64,000 nt of DNA from Raillietiella orientalis (taxonomy: Eukaryota): the NCBI GenBank assembly GCA_036172245.1, contig JAYWIR010000004.1, positions 2,666,001 through 2,730,000 of the forward strand, written 5' to 3'. Below the pieces are notes generated by a model. That model worked only from the letters and a program-made list of their open reading frames with translations, was not told the origin of the DNA and searched no databases. Shown piece by piece: positions 61,000-64,000 of the stretch (positions are counted from its first letter, which is position 1; each line of letters begins with the position of its first letter). A program made the position numbers and the translations under genes.

Positions 61000-63900
61000 C
61001 GACCGCTTTCCCTTTCTTTTGCTCCCCCTTCCTCTTTCAGCATTCCTCCTCCTCCTTACCCGCCGCTGCTGCAGCCGCTGCGCGTCCCCATTTCGAGGCG
61101 CAGGATGTCCCTGTTTCTCCGGGGGGGAGGGCGCCGAAGTTCGGTCATCGCCACAGAGGGGAGTTCCTCCTCCGGGTCGACCTCCGCGCGGAGGACCGGT
61201 ATTTCTCTTCGGGACGCTGAGGTTCGGGGAGACCAGCCGCGACGAACCCCGAGCAAGGGGAGCGACTGGTAAGGAGGGGGATCCGGAAGGGGCGCGCAAG
61301 AGGGCCGAAAAATGGGTCTCGCAGAGAAAGGCTCTCCGGCGAGAGCGCGCAGGAGGGGGGGAGAGAAGAAGTTCCTCCCTTCCCCCTCCCCCGTTCCTTC
61401 GGGAAGTGCTGCCATCTGCAGCTGCTGCTGCTTCCGCTTGCGCGTCTCTCCGAACGGCGGTTTCCCCGGATGGCGAGCCTCTCCTGGACTTCCGCCCGGC
61501 ACGCAAGGAGGGAGGGAACGGGGAGGAGGAGGAGGATGGAACAGATGCTCGCGCCATCTCCAGGCGCCTTGGCGACATCTGCCACCGGATGAAGGATCGC
61601 AGCCACAGGAGCGTCGAACCCCCCGATCCCTTCCTTCCCCCCGAGGAATTTGGAAGCCGCCCAAGAACGCGGGTGCGCCCCCTCGGCGCGCTTTTCAGGA
61701 GGCACGCCGTTCCCCCCGGAAGAATATGGACGAAGAAGATGCTGCTTCCGTCGCGGAATGGACCGGTGCGCTCCCAGGTGCTCCTCTCCCCTTACGGCAG
61801 CGGCGGAGGGATAGCAGTCAGTCCCGGCTGCCCCCGGTGGGAGACCCCCCCGTCGTGGAGGGGGAGGAGGCAGAAGCAGCTCCCCCTTCTCCCCGCTTAC
61901 TCCCCTCCCCCACGGAGCCCTCCCCATCCTGGGCGCTGCGGAAAGGATGCTGGGCTTTCGATCCTTCCGATGGAACAGCGGCTGGGACGCGGGAGCCACG
62001 AGGCGAGGAGGGGAGGACCAGGAGAAGTTTTCGGGGGTCGCGCTTTTCCCGACCCAGATAGGGAGGCGTCCCCCAGCCCCCTTTTCTCCTGCTCCCCCCT
62101 CTCTGCGCTGGCTAGGTGTGGGAGTGGGGGTCATGACGCGGAGGCAGGGGATCCGTCAATTCCCATCCTCCTCCTCCCCTGCAGCCGCCGCATTCGGAAG
62201 GTCCCCAGATGGGTGCGAGAGCGGCCTCGTTGCAGGCGAGAGGAGGAGGAGAGGCAGATCAGGGGCAAAAGAGACCCCATTTGCTGCCTTCTCTCACCCT
62301 ACCTCACCACCGCTACCACCCGCAGCTGTGGGGGTGTCAGTAAGCGGGGCAAGGAGGGAGGGCTTCCTTCCTCTTCCCGGTGCTTGATTGCCGCCCGCCC
62401 CCGTCTTACTTTGCACTGAGAGGCATCCTCAGGGCGACCTCTCCGGCTGCCCGGTGGGCCCGGTCCGCGGAGCCTCCTGCAAGCGCCTCCTCCCTCCCTT
62501 CTCCCCCTTCCACCAAGGCGCACCCCCGGGACCCGAGCGCGTTCACTCCGGAAGGGGCCTCCCCGCCCTTCTCAAGACCGTCTGGCGCGGGCCGGGGAGG
62601 GCCTGGCTGCGGTTGGGCGGCGAGTGGGGACGCACCCGTCCGTTTGGCGCGCCACTCCTCGCCCACCGGGCGGATCCCCGCGTCCGCGCGCCGCAGGTGT
62701 GGCGGTTGCAAACGCCTTGCTTCGCGGGGGGTGCGCGGAGAGGGGAAGGGAAGGACTTTTCTGCTCCGGGACGATCCTTCCGGCCCTCCTTCCGGGTCCC
62801 GCCTCTTTACCTCGTCTTCCCGTCGCTTCCAGGGTCGTCACCAGGTGATCCTCCGCTCTCGACGGGGGACAGATGAAGGGATTGAAGGCGAGGCAGTGGA
62901 GGGCACTTCCTTCGGGGCTTCGGAAAGGAGGGGTCACGCCACGGATCCCGGATCGCAGGGATCCTCGCCCCTCCCCCCTCCTCACGTTCCTTCTCCCGGT
63001 CGGTCGGTCGGTCGCCCTCCTTCTGGAGGACGGTGCCCGGCGGCGGTGGTGCGCTCGTCGGCCTTCGCCGGGGGGTGAGGCGAGAAAAAAGGGCGGAGGA
63101 GGGGGAGGGGGGGGGGAAGAGAGAAGCCCACCCGATCGCGACCGACGGGTGGCGCACGCTGGCGCGCGAACCACTTCCCTGCCGGTCCGATGGGGGCGGA
63201 GGACCACGATAATCGCCGGGAGTGTTCGAGGCGGACCCGGAGGAGAACGCTCGCTTTCGCTCAAGATCGGTCGCGAGGGAGCGCTTCGGGGTCACTCCGA
63301 GGGGTTTTCCGGCGGGGAAGGAGGGACGCCGGGATGAGTCAGGGAGTCTGCGTCCGCCTCTCCCTCGAGAGCATCGTCCGCTCGCGAAAGCATCGAGGAG
63401 GAGGAGGGAGGAAGCTGTGCGATCGGACGCTGCTCTTGCGTCGGTCTCGGCGGCTCCACCCAGGCAGCGGGGAAAGGAGGAGGTGCCCTGGGACCTTGGG
63501 AGGGGCGAAGAGCGGAAAGCCCTCCAAGAGGGAAGATTGCCGGAAAAGGGGGGAGGGGAATGTGCGGGCGCTGCTTCACGTGTCGCCCCGCCGCATGATC
63601 GCTTCCCCTCGCCTCGGGAGTCAGGAGGAAGAGGAGGAGGAGGTCCGCTTCCTCCCCCTCGTCCTTCAAAAGGCTCCCGAGAAAGGTAGCAGGATCCATC
63701 CCTGCCTCCGACGCGCCTTACGCAAAGGAGGTCCCTGGACCGCGCCGCGAGTCGGCCATCACCGTCTCCGTCTCCTCGGCAACAAGCGGCAAAAAGTCGC
63801 CGCGGATACCGGTGCAAGAAGAACCCAGAGAGGAATCTGCGAGCAGCGCATCCTGGATTCGGAGGATCGGTCGCGGACTGCGGACGGACGGAGACGGCCC

Positions 63901-64000
63901 GGACCGACTTTCCTTGCCCTCGACCCCACGCCCCGCTCAGGGCAGCAGCAACGCGCTCTCCCTTCCGTTCTGACCGATCCTGACCGACCGCAGAGGAGGC
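61000..64000 (+). mobile_element. GC-shifted, decayed Tx1-type LINE (endonuclease region ~62150-62750)
   Basis: Collinear APE-like motifs across frames: GAKETPF ('QETH'), VGVSV, QGDLS ('GDFN'), KAHPRDPSAFT...FSRP ('HP....FT...SR.D'), PQVWRLQTP ('G.W.LN.S'). The outer limits are uncertain. Confidence 0.5.

Noticed and set aside
1..64000. CRISPR arrays, tRNA/rRNA genes, DNA-transposon TIRs
   Set aside because: No regularly spaced repeats, cloverleafs, rRNA signatures or paired TIRs with TSDs were seen by eye; small or degenerate ones could have been missed.

Overview
Eukaryotic (most likely invertebrate animal) genomic DNA; no prokaryotic operons, rRNA/tRNA or CRISPR arrays were recognised. 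About 1-37 kb and 61-64 kb are a nested graveyard of decayed non-LTR retrotransposons (L1/Tx1-type; best preserved at ~10.6-13.5 kb + and ~26.6-30.3 kb -). This area also holds a small Ty3/Gypsy relic, an isolated fragment of the tRNA methyltransferase TRMO/TsaA, and a sharply CpG-depleted block. The only convincing host genes are two short helix-loop-helix genes facing each other tail-to-tail. One is a canonical Id/extramacrochaetae gene (57845-58102, -). The other is a divergent Id-like paralogue (50107-50379, +) whose HLH is preceded by an Arg/Lys-rich segment lacking the E-box-reading Glu. Both have TATA promoters. The locus sits in very GC/CpG-rich DNA with candidate BMP-Smad, Notch/Su(H), NRF1 and K-box elements, and a 46-bp palindrome lies near the midpoint of the pair. 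TE boundaries are approximate and all calls are by-eye motif recognition, not database searches.
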